In this document: piece by piece, positions 1 to 11,853 of the stretch
How positions within the stretch are numbered: the stretch's first letter is position 1
Layout of the letters: each line of letters begins with the position of its first letter
NCBI GenBank assembly: GCA_964019335.1
Contig: OZ025750.1
Coordinates: 186,001 to 250,000, forward strand
Source: Diplonema japonicum
Taxonomy: Eukaryota; Protista; Euglenozoa: Diplonemea
Direction of reading: 5' to 3'
Length of the DNA stretch: 64,000 nt
Position numbers and translations under genes: made by a program
Notes under the pieces: model-generated
What the model saw: the letters and a program-made list of their open reading frames with translations, nothing else
The model's database searches: none
What the model was told of the DNA's origin: nothing

Positions 1-547
1 AAAATAATCTTTTTCAAAGTGCGAGCGTTTAAAAAAAAAAAAAAAAAAAAAATAGAAAAAGAAGAAAAGAAAAAGGTGATTATATTTTACATGGTACGCC
101 TGGGTCACTGATATCAGGCGGAAAAGGAACGATAAAATAATAAAAAGAGAGAAGAAAGTATTAAAAGAAAAGGGGGGGGGGGTGGGGGGGTTCCCTTCTC
201 CTTCCCCAGAAAAAAAAAAGAAATTGTCAAAATGATAAGGGGGTAACGCAAAAAAAAAAAAAAAAAAAAAAGAAAGAAAAAAAAAAAAGAGAAAGCTTAT
301 TTCCTTATTCACCACCACCCACCCCCCCCCCCCCCCCCCCCGCTTCCCATTTCAAAAAAAAAAAAGAAAGAGTCACTAATGGAGAAACGAAAAAGAATCA
401 AAGAAGACGGGCAAGTCTTCGCAAGCTAGGAGGGGTGGGGGGGGGGGGGGGGGGGGGGCACCATATCCCACTATCTCTCTGATGAGTATAAAACAATATA
501 TCAGGGCCCCTGGAAAAACCCATTTTTTTTTTAAACCCGGGGCCGGT

Positions 548-712
548 GGCTATGTTTGGCAAGAAACGGGGAAACGTTTCCGTTTCCGTTTTCCTTATTT
601 TTTTTCAGATACTTTAGGGATTGCGTATCCTTTTTAAGTGGAAACGTCTTTCCTTCTTAAGAAGCGGCCCCCAAGAAAAAGCTTGGAAATGCGTTTCCTT
701 GCCAACATTGCC
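548..712. mobile_element. MITE-like element with ~20-bp imperfect terminal inverted repeats (copy 1)
   Basis: Left end ggctatgtttggcaagaaacg; right end cgtttccttgccaacattgcc. Related copies at 17570-17677 and 42791-42836. Confidence 0.6.
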
Positions 713-1132
713 CTGGGGTGGGGGGGGGACCTGATTTTAATATTTTTTTTTTTTATTTTCTAATTCTTGTATTTTTTTTTTTCTTCCAAGTTTTGTTTTG
801 CTCCCCCCGCTCCCCATGTGAGAGAAAATCGAAAAATTTTCTTCTTTTTTTTTTTTTTTTTAAATACTATGTGTGTTTAGTCTTTGTTTTTTTTTTTTTT
901 TTTTTTTTTCGCTTTGTACAATTGCTGCCCCCCCCCCCCCCCCCTCCACCTTTTTTCCTTTTTTTGTTCATTGCATGATTTGAAAGATATACCCTAGGCA
1001 GTATTCTCCTGAAAAAAGAATAGAGAAAGAAAGCAGAAGAGGTACTATATTTTATAGTTGTGAACAAAAAGAAAAATGGAAAAAAAAAGGCCCTACTTAT
1101 ATTTCATAGTTTCTTTTTTTTTTTTTTTTTAT

Positions 1133-1332
1133 NNNNNNNNNNNNNNNNNNNNNNNNNNNNNNNNNNNNNNNNNNNNNNNNNNNNNNNNNNNNNNNNNNNN
1201 NNNNNNNNNNNNNNNNNNNNNNNNNNNNNNNNNNNNNNNNNNNNNNNNNNNNNNNNNNNNNNNNNNNNNNNNNNNNNNNNNNNNNNNNNNNNNNNNNNNN
1301 NNNNNNNNNNNNNNNNNNNNNNNNNNNNNNNN
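1133..1332. other. Assembly gap (200 N)
   Basis: Run of 200 N. Confidence 0.99.
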
Positions 1333-1351
1333 AAGCCTCTGGCCGACAGAA

Positions 1352-1394
<43 letters not shown>
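1333..1394 (+). rRNA. Short fragment of eukaryotic LSU (28S) rRNA abutting the gap
   Basis: agcctctgg...gaacaatgtaggtaagggaagtcggcaaactagatccgtaacttcg matches a highly conserved 28S segment. Similarity stops at ~1394, so this is not a full gene. Confidence 0.8.
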
Positions 1395-3300
1395 CGACAT
1401 ATTTTCACATATTTTTTTCTGTCACTATTTCTAGGAAACCCGCAAACCGAAAAAAGAAAACAAAGAATAAGAGAAATAAGCCATCAGCCGTTTAATACAG
1501 CTGACAACTGGCAGCTGAAAGTGGTCTTTGAGAATTTTTTTTTTCCCCCCAAAAAAGATTTATTTTAATTTTTTTTTTTTTCTTTGCTTGCGATCTAAGA
1601 ATTTTGAAGAAAAAGAGTTTCAAAAAAAAAAAAAAAAAAAAAGAAAGAAAAAAAAGAAAGAGATACAAAAAGAAAAGGATTCCCCCCCCCCCCTTTTTTT
1701 TTTAAAAGTTGCCGGCATGTGAGTGAACATGAAAGAAAAAAAAAAAGGAAAGGAAAAAAAAAAAAAGAAAGAGGAAAGAAAGAAAAAAGTATATATAAGG
1801 GGGTCCACCCCCCCCCCCCCCCCTCCTCCTCCCCCCTCATGTGCCAACCGTCACGAGTCAGTACCAAAGACGGTGATTTCTTTTTTAAGGTTTTTTATCT
1901 ATTCGAAAAGTGGAAAATAAAGAAGAAGAAACGAAAGCCACGAAAAAAAAAAAAAAGAAACCCCAATTCAACATTGCCATTTTTTTTTGTTATTATTATT
2001 TTTTTTTTTTTTTTAAAGGGATACTGGTATGGAATTCCTTTAACCAAAAAAAAAAAAAAAGTTACTAAGATTTTCTTTCCCTCCTCCCCCCCCCCCCCCC
2101 CCCGTTCTCTTCTACACTACTATTCAATATATTGCATAAAAGTAACGATTAGTGATGACATTACATAACATTGTTGCATGTTTTGAAGAAAGAAAAAAGA
2201 AGACCAGGGCCCCTCCCCGGTATCAAAAAATGAAAATAATCCTCCCGGTTAAAAGCCCCGGCCACTTTTTTTTCTTTTGGGTTTGGCCGCCTCAGGCGAG
2301 CCCTGATCCTTTCGTCACTTGCTTCTTTGACTTTTCCTTTCAAATATATTTTAGGTTTTTTTGAAAAGCCTTTCGAAGATTTTTTTTTGGGGGGGGGGCT
2401 GTTAAAGGAAGAAAAGTGGGGGAAAAGAAAAGCGAAAGAAGAACTGATCCCATTTCCCCCCCCCCCCCCCCACTCCATGTTTTTTTGAGGAGATAGGCTT
2501 CATGGGAGGGGAAATAAATTTATTAAAAAAAAAAAAAAAAAAAACACCGTAATTTTGGATTTTTATAATACGGAAACGAGAAAAAAAAAAGGTTGAATGG
2601 AACTTTTTTTTTCGATTTTTCGAAAAATCGATTTTTTTTTTTTTTGGAACTTTTCCCGAAGAATAGAGACTCTTTAAGAACTTGGCTACTCCAAGGAAAC
2701 TAAGAATTACTACAACCGACGAAAAGAATTCAGATATTTGGAGCCTTTTCCGTTTCATATTAAAGTCTAGATGCGGTGTAATGATTTTTTCCCCCTTTTT
2801 CTTTTTGCTTTTTTAATTCGGTGTCGCTGCTAAACAAAATTTCCCCAGGTCATAGTGCTTTTTTTTTTGTTTTGTTTTTTCACCATATCAAAAGCTTTTT
2901 TTTTTATGGGGGTTCGATGCTGACAGTTGATTCCCCCCAGTCTTGCTTTTTCTTTTACTTTCTGCTCCCCGATGCCGAGAACAAGGAACCTTATGCATGC
3001 ATTTTTCTAAGTTTTCTTACCGCCGTGCGGGGGGAAAAAAGAAAGGAAGAAAAGAAAAGTCATAAGAAATAAAGAAGTATTCATTTTTTAATTTTCTTTT
3101 TTCACTTTACCTCTCTTTGTTTCATCTCCTCCCTTTTTTTTTTTTTTATCCATTTATTTTATTTTTTTTCTCCTCTCCCCCTTTTTTTTTCTTTTTTCTC
3201 TTTTTTCTTTTTCTTTTTTTTTTTTTTTATATTTTATTTCATCTTTCCTATTCTTTCTCCCCGGCAAACAAAACCCCCACGCCGATGCTTTTCTTCTTCT

Positions 3301-3332
<32 letters not shown>

Positions 3333-3450
3333 CCTTCAAATAAAAAAAAAGATTTCTTTATTTTTATTTTATTCCCCTTTCCCCCCTCCCCTTTTTTTTT
3401 ACACACTTTTTTCTAAAAAAAAAAAAAAAGTTTGCAAAAAAAAAAAAAAA

Positions 3451-6071
3451 ATGGTAAGCATCAAGGTTCTCAGCACCTCTCTGGTGCTCATGTGCATTGT
3501 GCTGACAGCGTTCATCTGCACGTTCCTAGCGATAAGCAGCAGTGACGTGGCCCTTGATGACACGAAAGAGTCGCGCGACACCTCCGTCGACTCCTGCTTT
3601 GACGTAGGAGAAGAGTCCGTTCAGAACAGGACAACAGAGTACCTAGATCTCCTTCTGAGTAACGTAGTGGAATATGTGGAACAATTCTTACAGCCGCAAG
3701 TTATGTATGCGAGCGGTGTCGCAAAAGAACTCGAAGCTCAACCGTGGGACACCGTAAAAAACTGGAACTACCACAACCCTGCCAGATACTATTGGGCCAT
3801 GAAACACTTAAGAGACGGTGGCTGCACGTCTGCAGGCATCTACTTACAAAACAACATGGCTATGTTCTACACCGAGGATGTTGCTACAGTTGCAAACCCC
3901 AACGACGGTTATCATGATATTTTCGGATATTTTAACTTCGGTTCGGACCATCCTTCCGGGTGGGGCGGGAACGGGTTGCATTTCTCCGCCAGCGTTGGTG
4001 CTAAAACAGGCCGGCCGATCATTACAAATCCTCTAACCGACATCAACATGAACCAGGACACCTGCAACAAAACATCCCTTGCCTCCAACGGCACAATCCC
4101 CGACGAGCCCTGCACCCGCGGTTGGAGCGCGGACTACTGGTCGTCTCTTACCACATTCCTCTCAACATTAATCGCTCAGGGCGATCAGTTTTGGCTTCCG
4201 ATGCAACCAATCGATACCTACCTAACCATCAACATGCTCACTCCTATATATCATGATGGGTTTCAGTCCGGGTACGTAATAAGCGGTGCCGATCTTCGCC
4301 ATGTCAGTAAGTTTTTAAAGGACATGGACATTGGAGGACCCGTGTATGGGTACCCCTCAAGGAGCAGGATATTTATTACGATTAGAAACCATTGGATGGA
4401 TTACAGTGCAAAGGGGCTGCTGATTGGATCGTCTCACGGAAAGTATGGGGGGGGGGGGGGAAAAAAGAAAAAAAATATTGTAGTGTCACGGCGCCGACAA
4501 CGGTGCTCCCGATCCTCCCGAAAGTGAGCACGGACGACATTGTTAGAAACATCGCGATTCTCAACGAGGAGGAAGAGACCGATCTCGAGGGGCTCGGAAC
4601 GTCGCATAACATGACGGTGTTGAACATTACAACGGACTACGCGCCTCAAGGAGAAGACTTTTTTTACAGGTATTTGGAAATAAAAAAAAAGAAAAAAAAA
4701 AGAAAAAAAAAAAGGGTTGGAATCCTCACCGACGGCCAGGGAACAAACTGGTTCGTCCACGTGGCAATGGACAGAGCGTACATCCTGGGCAGCATAGACA
4801 ACAAGACAGCGGAGACAAAAGAAGCCATCTCTATTGCGGAGAAGAAGGTTGACGACGATCTAGAAGCAGCCCGCAGCCTGCTCTACGCTCTCGTGGCCAT
4901 CTGCGCTGTGGGGTTAATCCTGATCTCCGTGGTGTTCATGATGCGGATCATCCAGCCGCTCGTAGTCCTCGAGAAGGAAATGGCCCTTGTCGCCGTGATG
5001 AAACTGGAAATGGTAGACACATCAAGACCTCTAAGCAGCCTTCAAGAGGTCCGTCTCATGCAAGTCAGCTTCTTACAGATGATAAAGAACCTTGTGGAGT
5101 ACAGGAACTACATGCCGGCGTCTGTTCTTCAAGATGATTCGGAAGTAGAGGACAGCGAGGAACACGAGGTGAGCACGCAGGGTTCGGACAAGGCGAGCCG
5201 TTCGAGTAAGGGAACGAACTCTAAGCGTGACATGTCGTCAAAGCACTCCTCCTCCCAACAGGCGGTGAAACACCACACAATCGGCTTAACAGAGGCAAAA
5301 CACAAAAAAGTAGCTTTACTGTCCTGCAACATGATATCTTTTCTGTCAGAAGTGGAGAGCACCACGGGTTTGCTAAGATTAATATCGGACTATTTATCAA
5401 TGGCGTTAACCCACGTTAAGGCGACGAAGGGCATCCCGGACAGTTTCAGCGGGGACAGGCTGTACGCATCATGGAATGGTGTCCGTCCGTGTTCATCCCA
5501 CAGAACAGCCGCATACAACTGCGCGAAAGAGATCGTGGCCAACCCCATTGGGAGCAAGACGTACTCCATCGGGATCGTGTCTGGCGATGTGAGGTGCGGG
5601 AACATGGGTTGCGATGGGATGAAGAAGTACACGTTCGTCGGGTCGCTTTCATCGTGGGTCCACATCGTGGAACGAATCGGCAGATCGTCAGGATCTGAAA
5701 TTACCATCGACGGACTTGTAAGAGAAGAGGTTGCCAACGTCGCTTTCACCAGGTACATTCAGCACGTAATCTATGAGAAGCACTCTTCGAACAAATTATT
5801 CCTTTTCCAAGCATCTGGGGAGAAGGAGGTTAAGGAGGAGGAGTGGATGTACCAGCTTGAAGCCGGGAACTCAAACGATCCCTACAAGGCGTACAATGTT
5901 AGTTTCCAACAGTTCATGGAGGGCAATGTGGAGGAAGCCGCTGCTACTCTTGAAACAGTCGCGGATGATGGAACGAATGTGATGAAAAAATACAAGGCAA
6001 GGCTTGCCGATGCAGCACAGAATCCTATTCTCTGCGACCCGATAGGTAAAACGGACACGCTGGTTAGCTGA
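3451..6071 (+). CDS. Receptor-type class III nucleotide cyclase-like protein (TM - large extracellular domain - TM - HAMP-like - degenerate cyclase); introns at 4443-4483 and 4670-4714
   Basis: Removing GT-AG intron 4443-4483 joins ORFs 3451 and 4392 in frame (GSSHG-N-VTAP). An in-frame 45-nt A-rich intron removes a poly-K stretch. Contains the NLVEYRNYMP linker and cyclase-fold motifs FSGD and GIVSG..RCGNMG. Confidence 0.8.
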
Positions 6072-6381
6072 GAGATCTGTCTTTCTTTTACAAGGGACTT
6101 TCTTTTTTTTTTTTTTTTCTTCTCTCTAATTCTTTTTTTTTTTGGCCCGGCTGTCATCAGCTATTGCGCAACCAAGCAGCTGCAACTCGCGGCCAAAGAA
6201 AAGAAAAATGAAGTTGACACCCCCCTCCCCCCCATATGTACAATTCCTTTTTGTTCAAGGAACCATTTGTTTTCACAAAAGGAGGTTTCCATCTAACTAT
6301 GAAAAAAGCAAAAAAAAAGAAAAAAAGCGTGTTTTCTCTCTTCTCCCGTCCTTTCTATTTCTCTTTTTTTTTATAGAGAAG

Positions 6382-6615
6382 TGTTCCAAAGCAGGAACTT
6401 CCTTTATCTCATCTCTTTTCTTTTTTTTTTTCTTTTTGCTTGATCATGAAGAAAATAATAAATCTGTTGGCCGTTATCCTTCTACAGGTTAATACTCTAT
6501 GCTGCAAACAACAAATCAACACTAAACTTTTTTTTTTTTTTTGCTGGAACAAGTAAACAAGTTTTTGAAAAGAATTGTTATTGCAAAAAAGAGTAGAGGC
6601 AGTGCACAAACAAAA
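6382..6615 (+). repeat. Dispersed ~230-270 bp repeat (other copies 12790-13060 on +, 26100-26290 on -)
   Basis: Shared cctttatctcatctc ... ttatccttctacaggttaa ... gcacaac/aacaatcaac blocks. Confidence 0.65.
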
Positions 6616-7029
6616 ATGGCTTGCATAGACATCGATCCGTCTGAGTTGTCGGTTATACTGTACCCGGAGGCGCCCACGGCGCCGTCGGACCCCGACTGTG
6701 CCGCCGGGTGAGACCGGGAGCATAAGACGGGTTTCCATTGCCCCAGATGTGGTTGCTGGGCAACGAGGCCTGTCTCAGGCAGGTCCACAAGAAAGATGGG
6801 TCACACCTTCTAAAGGACCTGGGCTCCAGGGGTTGGCTCTGCCCCCGGTGTCTATGGGCGGTCCAGAAGGAGGGCGAGCCTCTGGTTCCCCCGCCAAGGA
6901 GGAGAAACGGTCACCCATCCTGGCGGAGGGGCTGATGGGCGCCTTCAAGGAATTCTTGAGCAGCCCGGGGGCTCAAGAGTCTGGGTCTCGCAGACCAGGA
7001 GGGATCCTCCGACCCCGCAGGTCGAGGAG

Positions 7030-7115
7030 AAGGCCAAGCAGGCCTAGAAGGAGGCCCTGCCGCAGGCCTAGAAGGAGGCCCTGCCGCAGGCCTGGGAGGG
7101 GGCCAAGCAGGCCAG
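7030..7115 (+). repeat. GC-rich 24-bp tandem repeat (~2.5-3 units, aggcctagaaggaggccctgccgc)
   Basis: Directly visible inside a GC-rich island at 6620-7130 of unclear origin. Confidence 0.7.
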
Positions 7116-7383
7116 GCACAAACAATCAGCCGACTCTTTTTTCTTTTCGCGGAATATGAACTTGGCGCCAAACATTCTATTTTGAAAATAAGGACAAAAA
7201 GATATGGTATCTCGTAGCACTTAACCCCCCCCCCCCCCCCCCCCCCCCCCTCACTATATTTCGCGCTCCACTTTTCTACTTTTTAATATTTCGCTTTTTT
7301 TTTTTTTTTTTTTTTTTAGCCGTAAGCTTTTCGCAGGATTGGGGGAAACGAACAAAAGAAGGAAGAGAAAAAGAAAAGAAGAA

Positions 7384-9465
7384 ATGCCATTGGAGAAGTA
7401 CCCCCCGTTCAGCTGGGCAATGCGGCCAGGGGACACACCGCAAGAGATCTACAGCAAAAAGCTAATTCTTGTGCTGGGGGCCTTTAGTTTTTTTACCTTC
7501 TTCAACATGCTCACTATGAAGCTCTATGATGGTGCATACGGCTACGTACTTCTTGCGAACCCGCTGCTGAGAGGTCTGATGTGCTTGCACTGCCTCGGGA
7601 AGTACAGGCCCTCTGTCATCGAGGCCATACTGTATCTTGGGGTCTTTGCGATAATTATGCAGGATTACTATGCCCTTTCTCTGTTCGGGTTTGCGAAGGG
7701 GTGGATTTCTGTTGTTATTTACATCGATATCTGTTTGGTGCTCAGGCTGCCCGACCGTGTCGCGAAGAATATCATCCTCGCCATCATTTGCTGGACGGCC
7801 GTGCGATGGATCGAACACCACTTCCGCTTCGGGCTCCTTGACGCCTCCTTCCTTCCGCCACAGGCCGACGGACGTGAGATTGTAGATGATCTCTACCGCT
7901 GTGGAACCCTTCCCTGTTCTGTCCCCTTCTCGTGGGCTGTGACCAACATCACACTCAGCAGTGGTCTTCTCCTGCTTGACTTCTACTTCACAAGAGGCTT
8001 TGCTTCCAGACTCTTCAAAGAGAGGGACAAGATGGACAAGGTGATCAAAACAGCGGAGCACATTGCCGACTCCCTCTCGAAGTTCGACCTCGCCCGTGCG
8101 GAGTCCGTCATCAACACCTCTGAGCTCCCCGAGCCCATGCACGACGCCTTCAGCAGGATCCTCGACAACCTCCGCAGATACCGCCCCTACCTCCCTGAGG
8201 CCCTGTTCTTGGAGCTGCAGGGTTTCTTTCCTAACAACGATTTGCATATTTCTGCCCCCGGCCTCGTGTCAAAGCGTGTGGCGATGGTGTTCACGACATC
8301 CAGGGGTCGACGGCGACATGGGAGGCATGTCCAGATGGGATGAAGGAGGGGCTTCGGGTTCACAACAATGTGATGCGGGAGTGTGCTGTGGAGTGGAACG
8401 GGTACGAGGTGAAGACGATCGGGGACGCCTTCATGCTCGCCTTCGAGAACACCTGCGATGCTGTGTCCTTCTCCTTGAAGGTTCAGGAGGGCCTTGTTAA
8501 GGCACCGTGGCCTGCAGGACTTCTCCGTCTCGACCACTGTTCCTACAATGACGACGGCCCTTGGTGCGGGCTCCGTGTTCGGATCGGTGTCCACTGTGGT
8601 GAGGTGGATGCACAGCTGAACACCCTGACAGGTAGGTACGACTACTTCGGGAACACTGTGAACAAGGCGGCTCGGATGGAAGGGGCGTGCATTGGTGGAG
8701 CGGTTGCGGTGACACCTGAGGTGATGGAAGAGGTGGAGTACATGCACATAGATGTGGTGGTGATCCCAATGGGGGTGACGAAGCTGAAGGGGATCGAAGG
8801 GTCTGTCAATCCCTTCCTTCTCCTCCCAATGATGTTGAAGAGGAGGCAACCCTTTGTGGAGTCACAACTTCTTTTGGACAACGTTCAGCGAAAGCTAATT
8901 GTCAGTGAACGTTCTATCACATTTGTGAACCGCGCGGACATATTGAAGACAGTCCCCTCGGCTACTGTGTGCAAGGCGGAGGTGCAGCTTGACACGGACA
9001 AAGTATCTGATCTGACGCACATTCTGAACGAGCTTCTTGCGAAGGTGACCCTTTGTGTACGGTGTGGTGATCTCCCTCCAGGGGAGCAGGGTGGCCCTTG
9101 GGTGGAACGCCTCGCGACCCTGCTCCTCTCACGTGGAGAGCGCCTTCACCTTTGTGAAGATGCTACACCGTTCGTATGGGGAAGGGGATGCCACTAATGT
9201 ACATCTCGGGCTGTCGAGCAGCCTCGCACACCACGGGACCCTTGGTGGAGGGAGCCAGCGATTTGTGGCGGTTGTGGGGAGCTGTCTTGGGGTGAGCGAT
9301 GCCCTGTGCACGATGGGGATGCAGAGGGGGCTGTACTGCTTGTATGGGTCGTCGTCCTCGAGCCTGAGGGTCCCTGGGGTGGAGACTTTTCACCTTGATG
9401 GTACTTCTGACTTTTCTGGTCTTATGAACACATATGTTCATGAGGTTGCGGTAAACAGTAGCTGA
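7384..9465 (+). pseudogene. Multi-TM adenylate cyclase paralog 1, frameshifted (or assembly errors)
   Basis: Near-identical to the intact paralogs. 1-nt deletion at ~8294 (ttcacgac vs ttcactgac) and ~11-nt deletion at ~9058. Confidence 0.85.
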
Positions 9466-9702
9466 AAACGTGTAATCGACGCAGTGGTACAAAGGTCGTG
9501 AAATAAGACCAGGCCTGCAGATACTGGCGAATAGTACGTCCCTTTTCCGAGGGGCTTACCTTTTACTTCTTTTCATTTTCTTTTTGATAAGTTCTACCTA
9601 AATTGAAAAAAAGAAATGAAGAGAAAGAAAGTGAAGATAGGAGAAGATAGGGAGGGAGGGGAGAAGAATAGAAAGAGAAATTAAAGAAAAAGCGAAACAA
9701 AA

Positions 9703-11853
9703 ATGCCATTGGAGAAGTACCCCCCGTTCAGCTGGGCAATGCGGCCAGGGGACACACCGCAAGAGATCTACAGCAAAAAGCTGGTTATCGTTTACATGGT
9801 ATACAGCTTCTTTACGTTCATCAATATGCTTACGCTGAGGCTCTTTGAGGGGGTGTACGGCTACATAATTATTGCGAACCCGCTGCTGAGAGGTTTGATG
9901 TGCTTGCACTGCTTCAACGGCAAGTACAGACCCGCCGTCATCGAGGCCATACTGTATCTTGGGGTCTTTGCGATAATTATGCAGGATTACTATTCCCTTT
10001 CTTTGTTCGGTTTTGCGAAGGGGTGGATTAATGTTGTTATTTACATCGATATCTGTTTGGTGCTCAGGCTGCCCGACCGTGTTGCGAAGAATACCATCCT
10101 CGCCATCATTTGTTGGACGGCCGTGCGATGGATCGAACACCACTTCCGCTTCGGGCTCCTTGACGCCTCCTTCCTTCCGCCACAGGCCGACAGACTTGAG
10201 ATTGTAGATGATCTCTACCGCTGTGGAACCCTTCCCTGTTCTGTCCCCTTCTCGTGGGCTGTGACCAACATCACACTCAGTACCGCTCTTCTCCTGCTTG
10301 ACTTCTACTTCACAAGAGGCTTTGCTTCCAGACTCTTCAGAGAGAGGGACAAGATGGACAAGGTGATCAAAACAGCGGAGCACATTGCCGACTCCCTCTC
10401 GAAGTTCGACCTCGCCCAGGCTGAGTCTGTCCTCAACACCTCTGAGCTCCCCGAGCCCATGCACGACGCCTTCAGCAGGATCCTCGACAACCTCCGCAGC
10501 TACCGCCCCTACCTCCCTGAGGCCCTGTTTTTGGAGCTGCAAAGCACGCTTAGCTTGAAAGACGAACTATTGGAAGTCCCCGCCCCCGGTCTCATTACGA
10601 AGCGTGTGGCGATGGTGTTCACTGACATCCAGGGGTCGACGGCGACATGGGAGGCATGTCCCGATGGGATGAAGGAGGGGCTTCGGTTACACAACAATGT
10701 GATGCGGGCGTGTGCTGTGGCTTGGAACGGGTACGAGGTCAAGACGATCGGGGACGCCTTCATGGTCGCCTTCGAGAACACCTGCGATGCTGTGTCCTTC
10801 TCCTTGTCTGTTCAGGAGGGCCTTGTACAAACTGTGTGGCCTGCAGGACTTCTCCAGCTGGACCACTGTTCCTACAATGACGACGGCCCTTGGTGCGGGC
10901 TTCGTGTTCGGATCGGTGTCCACTGTGGTGAGGTGGATCCGCAGCTGAATTCCCTGACAGGTAGGTACGACTACTTCGGGAACACTGTGAACAAGGCGGC
11001 TCGGATGGAAGGGGCGTGCATCGGTGGGGCTGTTGCGGTGACACCTACGGTAATTGAAGAAGTTCCCGAGATGCTTGAAAGCCTTGTCGTAATCCCAATG
11101 GGGGCGACAACGCTGAAGGGGATAGGTGGCTCCATCTACCCGTCAATGCTGCTTCCAATGCACCTTTCAGATAGGCGCTCCTTCATAGAGTCCCAGCTCC
11201 TTCTGTCCGAAGATGAGCGCAGGGTTGTCTTGAAAGATGGCGTCATGAACAGCGTGTCTCTGATGGCCCCTGCCACCATGCGTACAGTCCCCTCGGCTAC
11301 TGTGTGCAAAGCAGAGGTGCAGCTTGACACGGAAAAGGGATCTGAGGTGACACACATTCTGAACGAGCTTCTTGCGAAGGTGACCCTTTGTGTGGAGCGA
11401 ACGCATGGTGTGGTGATCTCCCTCCAGGGGAGCAGGGTGGCCCTTGGGTGGAACGCCTCGCGACCCTGCTCCTCTCACGTGGAGAGCGCCTTCACCTTTG
11501 TGAAGATGCTACACCGTTCGTATGGGGAAGGGGATGCCACTAATGTACATCTCGGGCTGTCGAGCAGCCTCGCACACCACGGGACCCTTGGTGGAGGGAG
11601 CCAGCGATTTGTGGCGGTTGTGGGGAGCTGTCTTGGGGTGAGCGATGCCCTGTGCACGATGGGGATGCAGAGGGGGCTGTACTGCTTGTATGGGTCGTCG
11701 TCCTCGAGCCTGAGGGTCCCTGGGTTGGAAACAGGTGACTTGCCAGTAAATATTCCAAGTCACCCTGGCACCTTTGTTCACAGTGTAGAAGTCCCGAGGA
11801 ACAGCAGCAGCATCCGGTGGGGTACTGTGATGGAGGAAGTCCCTCCTGTGTAG
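9703..11853 (+). CDS. Multi-TM class III adenylate cyclase with C-terminal degenerate second cyclase domain (paralog 2)
   Basis: 716 aa with hydrophobic N-terminus. Motifs FTDIQGST, EVKTIGDAFM, GLRVRIGVH and YDYFGNTVNKAARME carry all catalytic and ATP-specifying residues. Confidence 0.92.
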   Translation: MPLEKYPPFSWAMRPGDTPQEIYSKKLVIVYMVYSFFTFINMLTLRLFEGVYGYIIIANPLLRGLMCLHCFNGKYRPAVIEAILYLGVFAIIMQDYYSLSLFGFAKGWINVVIYIDICLVLRLPDRVAKNTILAIICWTAVRWIEHHFRFGLLDASFLPPQADRLEIVDDLYRCGTLPCSVPFSWAVTNITLSTALLLLDFYFTRGFASRLFRERDKMDKVIKTAEHIADSLSKFDLAQAESVLNTSELPEPMHDAFSRILDNLRSYRPYLPEALFLELQSTLSLKDELLEVPAPGLITKRVAMVFTDIQGSTATWEACPDGMKEGLRLHNNVMRACAVAWNGYEVKTIGDAFMVAFENTCDAVSFSLSVQEGLVQTVWPAGLLQLDHCSYNDDGPWCGLRVRIGVHCGEVDPQLNSLTGRYDYFGNTVNKAARMEGACIGGAVAVTPTVIEEVPEMLESLVVIPMGATTLKGIGGSIYPSMLLPMHLSDRRSFIESQLLLSEDERRVVLKDGVMNSVSLMAPATMRTVPSATVCKAEVQLDTEKGSEVTHILNELLAKVTLCVERTHGVVISLQGSRVALGWNASRPCSSHVESAFTFVKMLHRSYGEGDATNVHLGLSSSLAHHGTLGGGSQRFVAVVGSCLGVSDALCTMGMQRGLYCLYGSSSSSLRVPGLETGDLPVNIPSHPGTFVHSVEVPRNSSSIRWGTVMEEVPPV

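Noticed and set aside
718-3416. Many short F/K/P/G-rich ORFs in intergenic DNA (here and throughout)
   Set aside because: They are translations of homopolymer runs with no coding signal.
6698-7159. 153-aa Arg/Pro-rich ORF as a gene
   Set aside because: Non-ATG start, composition driven by a 24-bp repeat, no domain; more likely a mobile-element or gene relic.
7462-10542. Long antisense ORFs over the cyclase genes (also over the LINEs and the surface protein)
   Set aside because: Shadow frames of GC-rich coding sequence, repeated only because the sense genes are paralogous.
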